Below are positions 1 through 12,935 of a DNA stretch of 64,000 nt, piece after piece. Position 1 is the stretch's first letter; the number at the start of each line of letters is the position of its first letter. The notes below the pieces were generated by a model. It saw only the letters and a program-made list of their open reading frames with translations. It did not search any database and was not told the origin of the DNA. The stretch is taken from positions 140,802,001-140,866,000 of the forward strand of contig NC_042998.1 in the NCBI RefSeq assembly GCF_006345805.1. The letters are read 5' to 3'. The position numbers and the translations under genes are program-made. The stretch is from Octopus sinensis (lineage: Eukaryota).

Positions 1-254
1 TTGGAAAAACAGCAAGCTGATTACTACTAATCTCTCTTCTCATTTCACAGAATCCTGTTGTTTGTTATTTTCTTTTTTTCTTTTTTAGAGGTTTTGAAGT
101 TGTTGAGTAATTGAGTAAATCCACTGGAGCAAATCTACAGCACAATAATAGATAGCTGATTAAGTGCTTATGGTAAACCATGAATGAAAGTTCCAGTTGT
201 TTGATCAATAGAAAACCTATTCATTGTATTCATCATTTTAACGTCCACTTTTTT

Positions 255-545
255 TATGCTTGCCTGGGGCAGGCAGTTTAACCGAGGCAGATTTTCTACA
301 AACATGTATCCTTCTTGTTGCCAAACTTTCACCTGTTTCCAAAGCAAGCTAACGTTTTCTAGACACGTTCTCATAGTATATTGGAAAAGAATGACATTGT
401 ATGACAGTGGCAATCATACATATAATTATCTAGGCAATGTCAAGGAGACACAAACTCATGAACAACAGGCATATTTCATTTCCGTCTACCAAAATCCACT
501 TACAAGGCTTTGGCCAGTCCAAGCTTTGGAAGGCGCTTGTCCAAT
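255..545 (-). mobile_element. SINE family A copy (decayed)
   Basis: Reverse complement of the family A core (TTTCCGTCTACCAAATCCACTTACAAGGCTTTGG at ~478-513) plus the tail module seen at 3270-3638. Confidence 0.7.
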
Positions 546-1494
546 GTGGAATGAGTTGGATGGCCTAAGATGAGCTTATTGATCAGAGGATTGCGTTGTG
601 CTCCAATATCTGGTTCAGTAGAGTTGGCAACAAGAATGGCATCCAGTAGTGGAAAATTACCAACAAATTCTTTCTAACCCATGCAAATATGGAAAACTAG
701 ACATTAAAACGATGATGATGAAGATGATGCGATAGTAGTTGGCTAACCATTGCAGACATTTGTACCTTTTAACCCTTTAAATAGACTTGGCCTCACAGTG
801 TGTGGACAAGGCTGGTCCTTCAAATTCTGAATAATTTTCATCTGTACAAATGTTACAAGATTGAAGAAGGGGGAAATTTAAGGCGTTTCAGACACTTGGC
901 CATTGCATAGTAAGATCAAAGCTACTAGGGGGAAAGATTTCTTAACTGCTCTGCCATGCATTGAAGGCACCTCCTTACACTACTTCAAACTTTGGGACTG
1001 AAGATGGGAAGTTTGGTGAATATCATCAGATGTCATTTAAGGAAAACAGAAAGTACATTCCACTGCACTTGATGAGAATAATATAAGAGGAGGTAAGTTG
1101 GGAAACTGCTAGATTTTGCAGCAGGGGAGCTTCAGATTGAATTATCTTCTGCTCTTCAAGCAAAAGCATTAATCATCATTTTGGTGGATGTGTATGTCAC
1201 AAGAGGCTAGAAAGTTTTAACTGCAGTCTCTGAATAACATAAAAAGCACATTCCAGTTTTGTGAGAAATAGTTTACAGATACAAAAAGATTATCAAGTGG
1301 ATTGAGTCGATAATCTTTCTGATTAGTTAAACTATAAAACCAAAAAGTTGCCTATCTTTCAGTTTTTAAGAGTCTATCTTGATGGCATGAAAAATGTATC
1401 TGCTTATTATTAGACACATCCAAATTTTAGCAGTGTATATTCAGGTAAAAAGAATTGTTATGCATCAAAACATGTTAATATAGGCCCAACTTAA

Positions 1495-1683
1495 GGTAGT
1501 GAGGTGGCAAAATACTTAATGGCCTTTTGTCCATCTCTATACTTGGAGTTCAAATTTCACAGAGGTTAACTGCCTTTCCTCATTTTGGAGGTCAATAAAA
1601 TAAGTACCAGTTAAGCACTGGGGTTGATGTAATCTACTTACTCCCTCCCATGAAGTTGCTGGTCTTGTACCAAAATTTGAAAC
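1495..1683 (+). mobile_element. SINE family B copy with 19-bp TSD
   Basis: Core GAGTTCAAATTT...GCCTTTC...ATAAAATAAGTACCAGTT...CTGGGGTTGATGTAATC, flanked by the exact direct repeat TAATATAGGCCCAACTTAA at 1476-1494 and 1684-1702. Confidence 0.85.
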
Positions 1684-2269
1684 TAATATAGGCCCAACTT
1701 AAAATAAAGGATCCAGGGAGCTTTTTTTTTTTTTGAAGACATTTCTTGAAAAGAAAAGTATATCTTATATTGCCATCAAAAATGGTAAGTATATTTTATG
1801 TTAGTGTTTTGCAAGTTAAAATGGCTTTTTAACAACATTGAACATGAAAAATATCTACCGTTATCCAATGAAGTCAGCATAGAATTTACAGAAATACAAG
1901 CAACTAGTCTACCATCACAGAGTTTCAAGCTACATGTATTGTAGAAACACTGCTAGAGTAAGAATTGTCTTGACAAGACTGCAAGGATAGCTTGTCACAT
2001 TCAAGACAATAAAAAGTAGGTTGGGATATGGTGAAAAATATATATTAAAAAAATGTGAATGAATTTAGAGAGTTAAAAGTTGATGGGAGATAGAAAGAAA
2101 AAAACGTACATGATTCCGTCTTTATAATGAATGGAACAAACATTCTAACAAGTTAGAAACACTCAAGTGATAAGGAGCAACAAGTATTATGACAGGACAG
2201 GCAAACTTCAAAACTATGCAAAGAAAGTGCGTCTGTGTGTATAAGTGTACGTATAAATGTGCATACATA

Positions 2270-2279
<10 letters not shown>

Positions 2280-2320
<41 letters not shown>
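2280..2320. repeat. (TA)n microsatellite (representative; others at ~13550, 31900, 34570, 34660, 36590, 37610, 43610, 44660, 47120, 62780)
   Basis: Directly visible dinucleotide runs. Confidence 0.98.
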
Positions 2321-2322
<2 letters not shown>

Positions 2323-3269
2323 CAGTTATAAAGGCCATATCATCTAGAATAAAATATAGAGATACAAGTTGCAATATGGTGCAGCTATCCTCTTCTCGAC
2401 ACATTTTCTTTGTAATCAGCACAAGTTAAGAAGATGGTTTCGCATAAGTGAATCAGAGCAATGTTCTAAAGCTCACTGCTGCTGCTCTCTCTCTCATTAC
2501 CGACCACTTAACTGTCAGGCAAGAGTTGATATCTCTCTTATTTGGCAAACTAAAATGTGCATGGCCTAAGGACTTGAATCTTTATGTTGATGTTTAAATT
2601 TCTGAAAGAAATATTTACTAAGTGAAATGTCAGAGAAGCAGCTTTACAAAATAACAGACTTTCAAAAGTTTTTTTTTCTTTAGTAGAATTTAATAAGAGA
2701 TTGCAACACAGAAGGAAACATAGGTGAGTAATGAGATGGCTTTATGGCTTTTAAAACTTTGTTTTAAAGGTTTCAGGCAACGAACAGACACAATGAAGAT
2801 ACATTTCAATGATAAACCAAAGATTCCAACCTAGTAGAAAGAAGAGGGCCCACCATGTTAACAACATGGTTCTGGTTCAAAAGAGGCACCAGGCCAAAAT
2901 GAAAGCAATATTCAATGTAAGATCCTAGCACACTGGGTAAAATACTTAGCAGCATTTCACTTAGGTTGACTCTTTCATCCTTTTGGGCTCAATGTTATCA
3001 ACTTAACACCCACCCCAAAACTGCTGGCCCTGTGCCAAAATCTGAAATCAATATAAGACCGAATGGTGGTCTTATAGGAAAACAAGAATAAGAAATCCAG
3101 TGCAGCTACGGCAGTCTAAGAATGTCTGAAAGGAAAGGTCCTTGTAATAATATGAGAAAGAAAATACAGCACAACATAAGCAAGGTAAAAATGTTAAAAT
3201 TTACTAATGAATATAGGTCTGTTAATAAAGAAATTAGGTCTTTTACGAGATATGATTGAAAATATGATA

Positions 3270-3638
3270 GGTACAGGCATAGCTGTGTTTAAGAAAGTCT
3301 CTTCTTAAATATATGGTTTTGGGTTCAGACCCACTGCATGACACCTTGGACAAGGGTCTTCTACTATAGTCCTAGGCTGACCAAAGCCTTGTAAGTGAAA
3401 TTGGTATACGGAAACTGAAAGAAGTTCATCATGTGCATGCATGCATGTCTTGACATTGCTGTCATACAAGCAATGTTGCTCATTTCCAGTCTTACATGAA
3501 AAAGATGTCTGGCCATAGGGAAATATTACCTTGCTTGGAAACAAGGATTGGCAACAGGAACAGTATCCAACCATACAAAATCTGCCTCAACAAATTCAGT
3601 CTCACCCAAGAAAGAATGGAAAAGTAGATAATGATGAT
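3270..3638 (+). mobile_element. SINE family A with tail type 1 ending in (GAT)n
   Basis: Head GGCATAGCTGTG...GGGTTCAGACCCACTGC, core CACCTTGGACAAGGGTCTTCTACTATAG...GGAAACTGAAAGAAG, tail GGAAACA..GGTTGGCAACAGGAA...ATGATGATG; repeated many times in the window. Confidence 0.8.
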
Positions 3639-4269
3639 GGTGTATGTGTATGTACACACAAGGGCAGATTTGATTGTTTATATTTGCACTTCTCTTAAAA
3701 TCACTGAGCTACAAACGGAGACATGTTACCATTTGCCATCAAAGAAATCATTCACTGGCGACGTGCTTTTGAAGACAGGTAGAATAAAAGATCTCTTTGA
3801 AAGTAAGGAAAGGGTTAGTGATATGATGGGCATCCAGCCGTAAACAAATGTATTTATGTAACCCATAATGGCATGGAAAAACACGTGAAACCAAACAAAT
3901 GAACAAAAAGAATGAAATTATAAAGATAGATTCTTTCAGTTACTATAAAAAAACATTTAAAAAAAATTGAAATAGACTTGAAGGATGTACACATCTTTTG
4001 CGAGCTTTTGCAAAGAAAAAGAAAAAATAAAGGGTTGAAAAGTTTGTGTAATAGTTAGGTACAAAGTTATTAATTTGCATTAGAAGCTGCTGTGAGTGAG
4101 ATTAAAGAAAGACATCTAACAAAATAACAGGCATATTTAAAATTTCTAGTGAATAGGATGTTGCGATTTGTAACATCAAAGGGAAATGGAAATTTGTGTT
4201 TGCTTGAAATAAATGAATGAGATTGTAAGTAGAAATAGGGAGGAAAATTAACAAGTTAGCAATATAGTG

Positions 4270-4715
4270 CAAAGATGTGGATGTGAAGTAAAGAAGCTTG
4301 CTTCCCAACCATGTGACATTGGGTTCAGTCCCACAGCACAGCACCTTGGGCAAGTGTCTTCTATTATAGCCCCAAGTTGACCAAAGCCATGCAAGTGGAT
4401 TTTGTCAGCAGAAACTGAAAGAAGCTCATATATAATTTGTAAATGTGTGCATGGGTTTCTGTTTGTGTGTGGGTTTGTGTGAGTGTGTGCACGTACCTTT
4501 GTCTTGACATCATGCGATAATTGTAAATGAACATCACCAATATATAAGTGATGCTGTTTGTTTCCAATTTTCCATGTAAAACAAAGTCTAGCTATGGAGG
4601 AGATATTATCTTTCTTGAAACAGATGAGACTTGGCAACAGAAAGGGCATCTGGCCATAGAAAATCTTGCCTGATTCATGCAAGGATGGAAAAGTGGACAT
4701 TAAAACAATAATGAT
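4270..4715 (+). mobile_element. SINE family A with tail type 1
   Basis: Same head, core, (TG)n hinge and tail as the 3270 copy; explains ORF 4248..4700. Confidence 0.8.
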
Positions 4716-4799
4716 GGTGAACTGAGAGAGAAACGAGGTATAAGAGGAACTGGAGGTAGTGTGAAAGAGAGAAGATTACAATGATGTGGGAATGTAATA

Positions 4800-4912
4800 C
4801 AAATGAAGGATGACAACTGGATAAAGATGTGTGGGGTACTCAGACAGATCCTGTGGAAGAGGCAGATCTAGAAAGTCATGAGATGAAGTGGTGAATAAGG
4901 ATCTAACGATGC
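4800..4912 (+). mobile_element. RTE-clade LINE 3' fragment (pseudo)
   Basis: Frameshifted translation MKDDNWIKMC...SCGRGRSRKS*DEVVNKDL resembles the RTE C-terminal RGRPRKTWDEVV motif. Confidence 0.45.
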
Positions 4913-4939
4913 AATGAGCAGTGACATACTATAGTAATG

Positions 4940-5540
4940 ATGATCCTTTCTACTAAAGGCATAAGGTCTGAAATTTTGTGGGAGGAGACTAATCAATTAT
5001 ATCAACCCCAGTGTTTCACTGGTACTTAATGTTATCAACCCAAAAACGATGCAAGGCAGAGTCGACCTCAATAGAATTTGAAGCCAGAACATGAAGGCAA
5101 AATACTGCTAAGCATTTTGCCTGGTGTGCTAATGATTCTGCCAACTTGCCACCTTATAATAATAATAATAATAATCCTTTCTATTATAGGTATAAGGCCT
5201 GAAATTTTGGAGGAGGGGACTTGTTGATTACATCAATCCCAGTGTTTCACTGGTACTTAATATTACCGACCCTGAAAGGATGAAAGACAAAGGTGAACTG
5301 CACTGTATTTGAACCCAGAATGTAAAGAGTCAGGAGAAATACTGGTGAGCATCTTCTCTCACACACTGATAATTCTGCCAGCTTGCCAGTAATTCAAGTT
5401 GATTACATTGATATCCCACACAGGACTTAAACTGGTCCTTATTTTATTGACCCCCAAAAGAGATGATAGGCATTAAAAAAAAAAAAAAATTTTTAAACCT
5501 CAGTGGAATTTGAACTCAGAATATAAGGAGTCAGAAGAAA
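4940..5540 (-). mobile_element. Head-to-tail array of about three SINE family B copies
   Basis: Repeated CCCAGTGTTTCACTGGTACTTA...GAAAGGATGAAAG...TTTGAAC.CAGAA units, two of them separated by (AAT)n. Confidence 0.8.
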
Positions 5541-6663
5541 ATAACAATAACAACAACAAAAAAGAGGGATGTGGTTCAAGAAGATTTTAAAAATGAAACT
5601 TCTAATGAATTTCTAATTTGAAGGCATAGGGTTTACACACTAGAAAGATTTTAAAATAAAATTTCTTTACACACACACACACACACAGATATATGAACAA
5701 AATAAGAACTAAAAACAACAATTTGAGAAATTTACATTTTATGCTAGGTGATATTTTTCTTACACACACAACTATATATATATATATATATATGTAGACT
5801 TTATTTGAACCAGATGGAAAATGAAACTTATCTTCAACTTAAAATGAGGTTGTTGATGTTAAATTATCTCCCTTTATTCTAAGCTATCAATTTCTTTGCT
5901 TAGGAAAAAAAATCATTTGAAAACAACACAGAGAACATGATTAAAACAATTTCATATACTGGACTTTTCAAACTAGCACAAACCAGGTTTAGTTATGAAA
6001 ATTTGTATTGTTACACAATATATTTTTTACATAGCAGGATTTCGCTATAAAAAAGCAATCACTGAGCCATTAAATAAGATTGGCGCCTGTCTTTAAAATT
6101 TGAATGAAAAGCCTAGTTATTTATTTATGTTCATTTTCCTTTTTATTCAGCCTATTAGCAACAGTTGTAATATTCTGAAGCAATTTTCATGTCATTAAAC
6201 AATTGAAGGATATGATCCCTACTCACCTGCCACCCATATTGTACACAGGATTTGGGTGAGGTACAAAAAGTAGTAAAACAGTGACTCGCACACCATGTTT
6301 TCTCTACTACTCATCACCATCATATAACATCCATGTTCCATGCTGGCTGGCATGGGTCAAATGGTACGATAGGATCTGATCACTGAAATGGCTCTATTGT
6401 GCTCCAGTGTCTGCTTTAGCATGGTTTCTATGGCTGCATGCCCTTCCTGATGTTGCTGGCTACTTTACAGCATGTACTGGTTGCTTCCTTTTCAATGCCA
6501 CCAGCACTACAGAGTTTACATATACAGGTTGCAAAACTACAAACCCTGAGGTGGGGAGCAGCTTCTATACTAGATGAAGGTTAAAATTATGTGAAAAGGG
6601 GGCCAGAGCAGAACAAGTTTCTGAAGAGAAACATGACTGACAAAAAGACATTCAGTAATCTTA

Positions 6664-6900
6664 TTAACCCATGGACATTCAGATTGCTCTATCAAATGTA
6701 ATGCTTATTTTATTCACATGGTTTTCAACTAATCATGCATTATTTCGTAGCTCCAATATTCTGATGTTGTGATTGGTTATTGTGAGAATGACAATATAGG
6801 GTAAGTGTGAGAGACCACATCTGGCCAGTTTGAACATAAAAAAACAGGCAGAATAACACATACATACACACATATGACTGGATTAAATGCTAAAAGGTAA
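6664..6900. mobile_element. piggyBac-like MITE (decayed); inverted sister copy at ~9300-9468
   Basis: Begins TTAA-CCCATGGACATTCA and ends TAAATGCTAAAAGG-TAA (degenerate TTAA CCC...GGG TTAA); the interior aligns with the reverse complement of 9300-9468. Confidence 0.6.
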
Positions 6901-6935
6901 AAGTATTCAACAGTGAAAAGTGGTGTAGAATTCAC

Positions 6936-6974
6936 CTGGCTGTTAATAAAGACTGATCATAATTTAGCTCTCTG
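6936..6974 (-). other. Candidate 39-nt microexon
   Basis: Minus strand ccctctttttctgtgtacag|CAGAGAG...AGCCAG|gtgaat; one open frame (RELNYDQSLLTA), phase 2-2. Splice signals only. Confidence 0.2.
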
Positions 6975-8608
6975 CTGTACACAGAAAAAGAGGGCAGTAT
7001 TAGATTGCACAGTGCTATGTTTTAATGCTGTAACGGAGTTAGGAAAAGAAATGGCAAAACTATGTCACAGTATTTATCCCTGCCTCAAATAACTACACAG
7101 ATGAACTCTTCAAAAAATACCCACCATATTAAGCCTTTCTGTCTATATACACACACACAAACACACACATACAATGTTCCTTAATAGCATCTTTGCTGAA
7201 ATGTAATTAACCATGCAGTTAACTCTTAATATAATCTTTTTGTAAACTCATCTGTTAAGATGGGAAAGAGGTGGGGAAACAGTAATTCAGGAGTCTATAA
7301 ATTGGTTCTTTAAGCAGAAGTTGGCTGTGTGTTTCCATCATTCAGTAACCCTCTGTACCCTTATCAAGTCTAACAGTATCAAATGGCCAATAAAAAATGT
7401 AACAAAATAAAATGAGGGAGAGAGAGAGAGGATGGATTCCATTCCTGACCCCACAAGCCGAATGTCAGCTGTGCTGTATACCATCATATTTAGATGGAAT
7501 TAAATAATTCAAATTTAATTCTAATGTAAATAATAATAATAATAATAATAATAACAATGATGATAATAATAAAAGGAAAACAAACCAAATATCCTATGCA
7601 AACATCTAATTATAAAGAGTAAAAAACCTAAAATACCGAAGTGGATGAAAAAAAATCTAGCCACTTTAAAAACACATACAGAGACACAACACACACACAC
7701 ACACAAGATAAAACTTAATCCAAGTTTATCCTACCAGCCCATTTCAACTGTCTGCTAGCAATAAAGATAAGAAACATATAAAACCTACAGAATTTCCTTG
7801 GGAAAAAAAACCCCCAAAAAAACGGAGAAAAAGAAAGACCCCCTCCTCCCGCCAAACCAAAAACAATTTTGTAGTTGGTTATTAATAAAATGGAGAGCTT
7901 CAAGGAAAGAAAACAAAAATAGGTTACTGGAGGAAGGAAGAGGATCTTAGCGAATGTATATATTTAGATCCAGACAAAACCAAGAGACAGGAAATTTCAA
8001 ATGACACTCTCTGCAGCATACATTCTTTGAAAGCCTGATCCTACAAATGGTTAGAACTAATTACAGACTTGGTATCATGATCATTATTATAATAATTAGA
8101 AGAACAAAGACAAAGGAAAAGTCAAGACATTAATACCTGTCCTTTTGGTGCCAAGACATATTTGTATATCATGGAGAAGTAGTTTGAGAAGAAAAAATAC
8201 AATAACATTATTATTGTATGAGAATTAAAACTTTATGCAAACATATGTGACCCGTCTTGACCAGTAGCAGCCTATTTCCTGGTAGGCTTATGAGACACCC
8301 TTTGCACTTGTCTAAAAATTGCTCACCTACAGAGAGTAATGTTGCAGTTATTTCCCCCTGTCAGTGAGCCATGCATTGGCTTTGCGCCTTTAAATATACA
8401 TGAAATAATAAGGTCCCTTATTCAAAAAGCAAATAAGGATTTACGACAGCAGAAGCATCCAACTGTAAAAATGCCTCAATAATGTAATCATCTAACCCAT
8501 GCTAGTTTACAAAAACATAAAAATGATAAAGAACAATCTAACAATTAACAGGATAGAAAGAATCAAATTTACAACAATTACTCTTCATAGATAAGTTTTC
8601 AGAAATGC

Positions 8609-8816
8609 TTAAACCTTTTGGTACCACCAGCCAGCCTGAAATTGCCCTTGACTATAACCCTATTTTAAAGTAATCTAAATTAAAACCTATCAAAATGTTC
8701 CTCTAGGTTTCAAACACCAGATTAATTAATAGTGATTTTACTAAATTCATCATTTTCAAAACTGACTGAAACAAAGGCAGTGCATTTCCACAAAAATATG
8801 GTAACCAAAGGGTCAG
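8609..8816. mobile_element. Second piggyBac-like MITE family (decayed)
   Basis: Imperfect terminal inverted repeats TTAAACCTTTTGGTACCA ... TGGTAACCAAAGGGTCA about 200 bp apart. Confidence 0.5.
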
Positions 8817-10045
8817 CAACAGGTTTACTGGAATGGAAGTAGGTCATCAAACATCATCATTTAATGTTTGTTTTCCATGCTGGCATGGGTTTGGACAGCA
8901 CGACAGGATCTAACAAGCTGCAAGAGCTTTTTACAGCTGGATGATAGCCCTAACGCTACACGAGTGTGCTGGGGACTTTTTTTTGTGTCACAGGCACTAG
9001 TGAGGTCACCAAGTAAATTGCAAGAAAAGAAAAAGTCCCATTAACTGAGTGAGGAGAAGGTTGCTTGATGCCAGATGTTGACATGCTACACATTACGCAA
9101 GTGTGAGAGGGAGTAGCTAGAAAGAAGACCGGGGTGGTGATGACAAGGTGCCAGAGTAAATTCTCAAGGTACAAGGTGAGTGACAGAGACAGTGGATCAA
9201 GGAGGGGGGGAGAGATGGGGAACTTCATATGTTTGAGAATATTTGGGCCAGATTGAATGCTAGAGGGTTGCAGAACCAAACTTTTGGCTCATCTCTAACC
9301 ATCTGATATTCTCTGCTTTATGTTAAAAGTGACCACATCCAATGTCATTCTAAATATGCAAACACACCATTGAAATCTTGAAAGTACAAGATTATGTGTA
9401 AGTAATTCTAAATGATGTGAATAAATAGGCAACACATTTGACAAAGAAATCTGAATGTTAAAGGGTTCAGCTAAAGTCAGCAGTGCCTTTCCATCATTTA
9501 TTGAACTTTTCCGCCCTTTATCAGAGCTAACACAGCTATCAAGTAGAAAAAGAGATTCTATTCATGACCTACAAACAGAATGTCAACTGTTCTGTGTAAT
9601 ATATAAACAGAATAAAGTAAGGAAATACTAGAGTGGACTTTATTATGATTTAATTAATTAGATTACAAACTGACTTTTCCGTTAGCGATAATTATGCTTG
9701 CAGGAAACTTGATAAATAAATAAAAAAGTTTCATTATACAATATCATCAGCATTGTTTCACATCCGTGCTCCATGGGCTCGATGGTTTGACAGGATCCAA
9801 CTAGCCTGAGGGGTCGGACAGTTTGACAGGAGCTGGCAAGGCTTTGATAAGGTTTCTACAGCTGGATGCCCTTCCTAACATCAGCCACTTTAGAGTGTAC
9901 TGGGTACTTTTTTTTATGTGGCACCAGCACTAGTGGTTATAAGACATATTAAACTAGGTAAGCTAAAGCAATGTTCTGAAACCTTGAAATGTGTGTCACT
10001 GTAATGATGAAAACAAGAAAACCGATGAGAAAAGCTATTATAATG

Positions 10046-10370
10046 TAAGGTAAGAATTTGGCTGTATGGTAAGAAACTTACTTCCTAACCACATGGTTCC
10101 AGATTCAGTCCCACTGCTATAGCCTTGAACCAACCAAAGTCTTGTAAGTGGATTTGGTAGACAGAAACTGAAAGAAGCCCATTGCATATGTGCGTGCGTG
10201 TATCTTTGTGTGTTTGTGGGCATGTTTATGTCCCTGTAACATAGCAGTTTGATAAAAAGACTGATAGAATAAGTACTAGGCTTACAAAGAAAAAGCCCTG
10301 GGGTCAATTTCTTCAACAAAAAATCCTTTAAAAGGCAGTGCTCCAGCATGGCCACAGTCAGATGACAAGA
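10046..10370 (+). mobile_element. SINE family A with tail type 2
   Basis: Family A head and core, then ATGTCCCTGTAAC...GATAGAATAAGTACTAGG...CTGGGGTCAATT...GGCAGTGCTCCAGCATGGCCACAGTC. Confidence 0.8.
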
Positions 10371-12527
10371 AAAAGTGGGGTAAAATATCACAATATTAAC
10401 ATCTTAAATGGTTTCAGTTTTAGTTAATATCTTGTTCAAGACAGGAAGAAGAACCTGTAAAACCTAAAACCAGATCGTTGAATCAAGAGGATATGAAGAG
10501 AGACACTTCATGTTAATGACATTAAGAACTTTAGAATAGAAGAAAATATGCAGAATATATTTCTGTTCAGAGAAGAAAAAAATATGGAAGAACTCAGATG
10601 TGAGAATCTGGAAGTTTTGGTAACCTGACAGTACTGGTTATTATTACAGCAACTCATGACCCTACATTTCTATATTTTATCTTTTACTTAGACTGCAACC
10701 ATGCTGGGGCACCACTTAGAAGGGTTTAGTCAAATCAATCCCAGTAATTATTTTTTCAAACCTGGAATTATTTTTATCAGTCTCTTTTGCCAAACTACTA
10801 TATGAGGACATAAACAAATCAACATCTGGTTGTCAAGGAGTGAGAGACAAACATTTCTTCTCTCCTCTCTCTTTTCAAACTGGGGTGGCCTTGTCTCTTC
10901 TACAGCAGGATACCTATTTGTCTCTCTATCATACTTGAACCTCTCATAATCTGGCATAAAGCCACATTCCTGAATACCACTCAGTTAAGGGTGGGGGGTC
11001 CCCATCTTTCAAGCTACTTGGTGACATCACTGGTACAAGTGCACAAAAATAGCATTGAATATATATTGTTAAATGGCTGACATTACAAAGAGCATCCATC
11101 AGTGGAAACCATGCCAATGCAGATAGTGAGATTCGGTGCAGTCCTCTGCCTCATCAGCTCCTGTCAAAAACTGTCCAACCCATGCCAGCATGGAAAAAAA
11201 GGCACTGAATAGTGGTGATACAACAGGCTTCCACACTGTTTTCATCTATCAAATTCATTCACAAGATATTGGTTGACCCAGGTCTGTAGAAGACACTTGC
11301 CCAAGGAGCAAAACACACACACAAAGCAATAAGGGCAGTGAGTTGAGGAGTTGATGAAGTACTCCCTCAGCCTTCATTTAAGGTACCCTTGCTTATAATA
11401 ACACAACTCATGAAAATACTCTAAGAAAATGAATAGAGCAAACAGCACAGATTAGTTGCTATTCAAGAATTAGCTTCTATCCTTTAATCCCACTTTAAAT
11501 AAAAAAGAAAAAAAGGAAAGAAAATTACAATATGTAATGAAAACCTTAACAATGATCACCAAAGGATTTAAAAAAAAACTAAGGATAATTACACACAGTA
11601 TATGCAAACAGATTCTTAACTATTCTTTGCTGTACACAGAGAAAGGATTGTTGAGCCCCCACTTGAAACTAGTTTCCTTAAACCAGCCATCACACCCTTG
11701 CTAATGGGTTTCCTTTCAACTACCTCTATCCCAGGTACTAACACCAATCCCCAACACCTGTTCACTTCATTAATTTTAGTGCTCATTTCTCCTCTACCCC
11801 CCACCATCAACAACAACATCAGAGGCAGTTCTACCCCCCCCCCCATATTCAAACACTCATGTTTACTTTCACTAGCCAACTCTTGCTGCTATACAGCATT
11901 ACATTTCTAACATCTCTACTTCACACAAACAGCCCTTTGTGTACAAAGAAAAACTTCAGCAGGCAAGATGAGTAAATATATACATACATAAACACACACA
12001 TATGCACATATACTTAAACATACGCATACACAGACATACATAATATGCATATGTGTGTGTGTGTGTGTATCACATAGGTATGTATATAAAGAAAAAATTC
12101 TCTTTGAACCTCTTTTCTCTTCTCAGAAAGTAACCCAAATCTGTTTACCTGCAAGTAATTTCTTGTGACATTAATCAAAGAATCCACCAAGACAAACAGT
12201 TTAAAAAAAAAAAGAAAAATTTCTATTTTCCTCCTCCCGCCAAATCTCTAAAATCCAACATTAATTAGAGGCTTAATTAAAATAAACTTGAGATAAAACT
12301 CTTATCTATCATCTTTAACATATTTCTTTAGCTTTTGCTGCCTTTAATCTAAACTTAGTTTCAATTATCTAAGCATGTGAAGATTGCCAATTACAAACCC
12401 ACCTCTTACACAGAAACAAAATCCCCACCAATCACTGAATTCTATTACAAAAAAAACTTAGAAGCCTCAATGTTATCACTCAACTTGCTGAAAATAGTAG
12501 CTAAATTCCCTTCATATCACACCCTAT

Positions 12528-12935
12528 CATCATCATCATCATCATTTAACGTCCGCTTTCCATGCTAGCATGCGTTGGATGGTTCAACTGGGGTCTGGGG
12601 AGCCCGAAAGCTGCACCAGTCCAGTCAGATCTGGCAGTGTTTCTACAGCTGGATGCCCTTCCTAACGCCAACCACTCCGAGAGTGTAGTGGGTGATTTTA
12701 TGTGCCACCGACACAGGTGCCAGACGAGGCTGACAAACGGCTACGCTCGGATGGTGTTTTTTATGTGCCACCGACACAGGTGCCAGACGAGGCTGGCAGA
12801 CGGCCACGCTCGGATGGTGTTTTTTATGTGCCACCGACACAGGTGCCAGACGAGGCTGGCAGACGGCCACGCTCGGATGGTGTTTTTATGTGCCACCGAC
12901 ACAGGTGCCAGACGAGGCTGGCAGACGGCCACGCT
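12528..12935 (-). mobile_element. Young SINE-like family C copy with internal tandem expansion
   Basis: (CAT)n-TTTAACGTCCGCTTTCCATGCTAGCATG...CAGCTGGATGCCCTTCCTAACGCCAACC with CpGs retained; decayed relatives at ~6315-6510, 8850-9030, 9750-9935, 11020-11200 and 57900-58160. Confidence 0.75.
12697..12935. repeat. 63-bp tandem repeat, about 3.8 copies
   Basis: Unit TTTATGTGCCACCGACACAGGTGCCAGACGAGGCTGGCAGACGGCCACGCTCGGATGGTGTTT; gives the 21-aa periodicity of the ORFs at 12562 and 12702. Confidence 0.95.

Noticed and set aside
860-1200. Further CR1/Jockey-group LINE tail on the minus strand
   Set aside because: Only one short motif (AWQSS*EIFPPSSFDL) is suggestive, which is too weak to list as a feature.
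10620-10640. miR-8/miR-200-like sequence on the minus strand (TACTGTCAGGT)
   Set aside because: The seed differs (CAGTACTG versus TAATACTG), the 3' half does not match and there is no full precursor hairpin.
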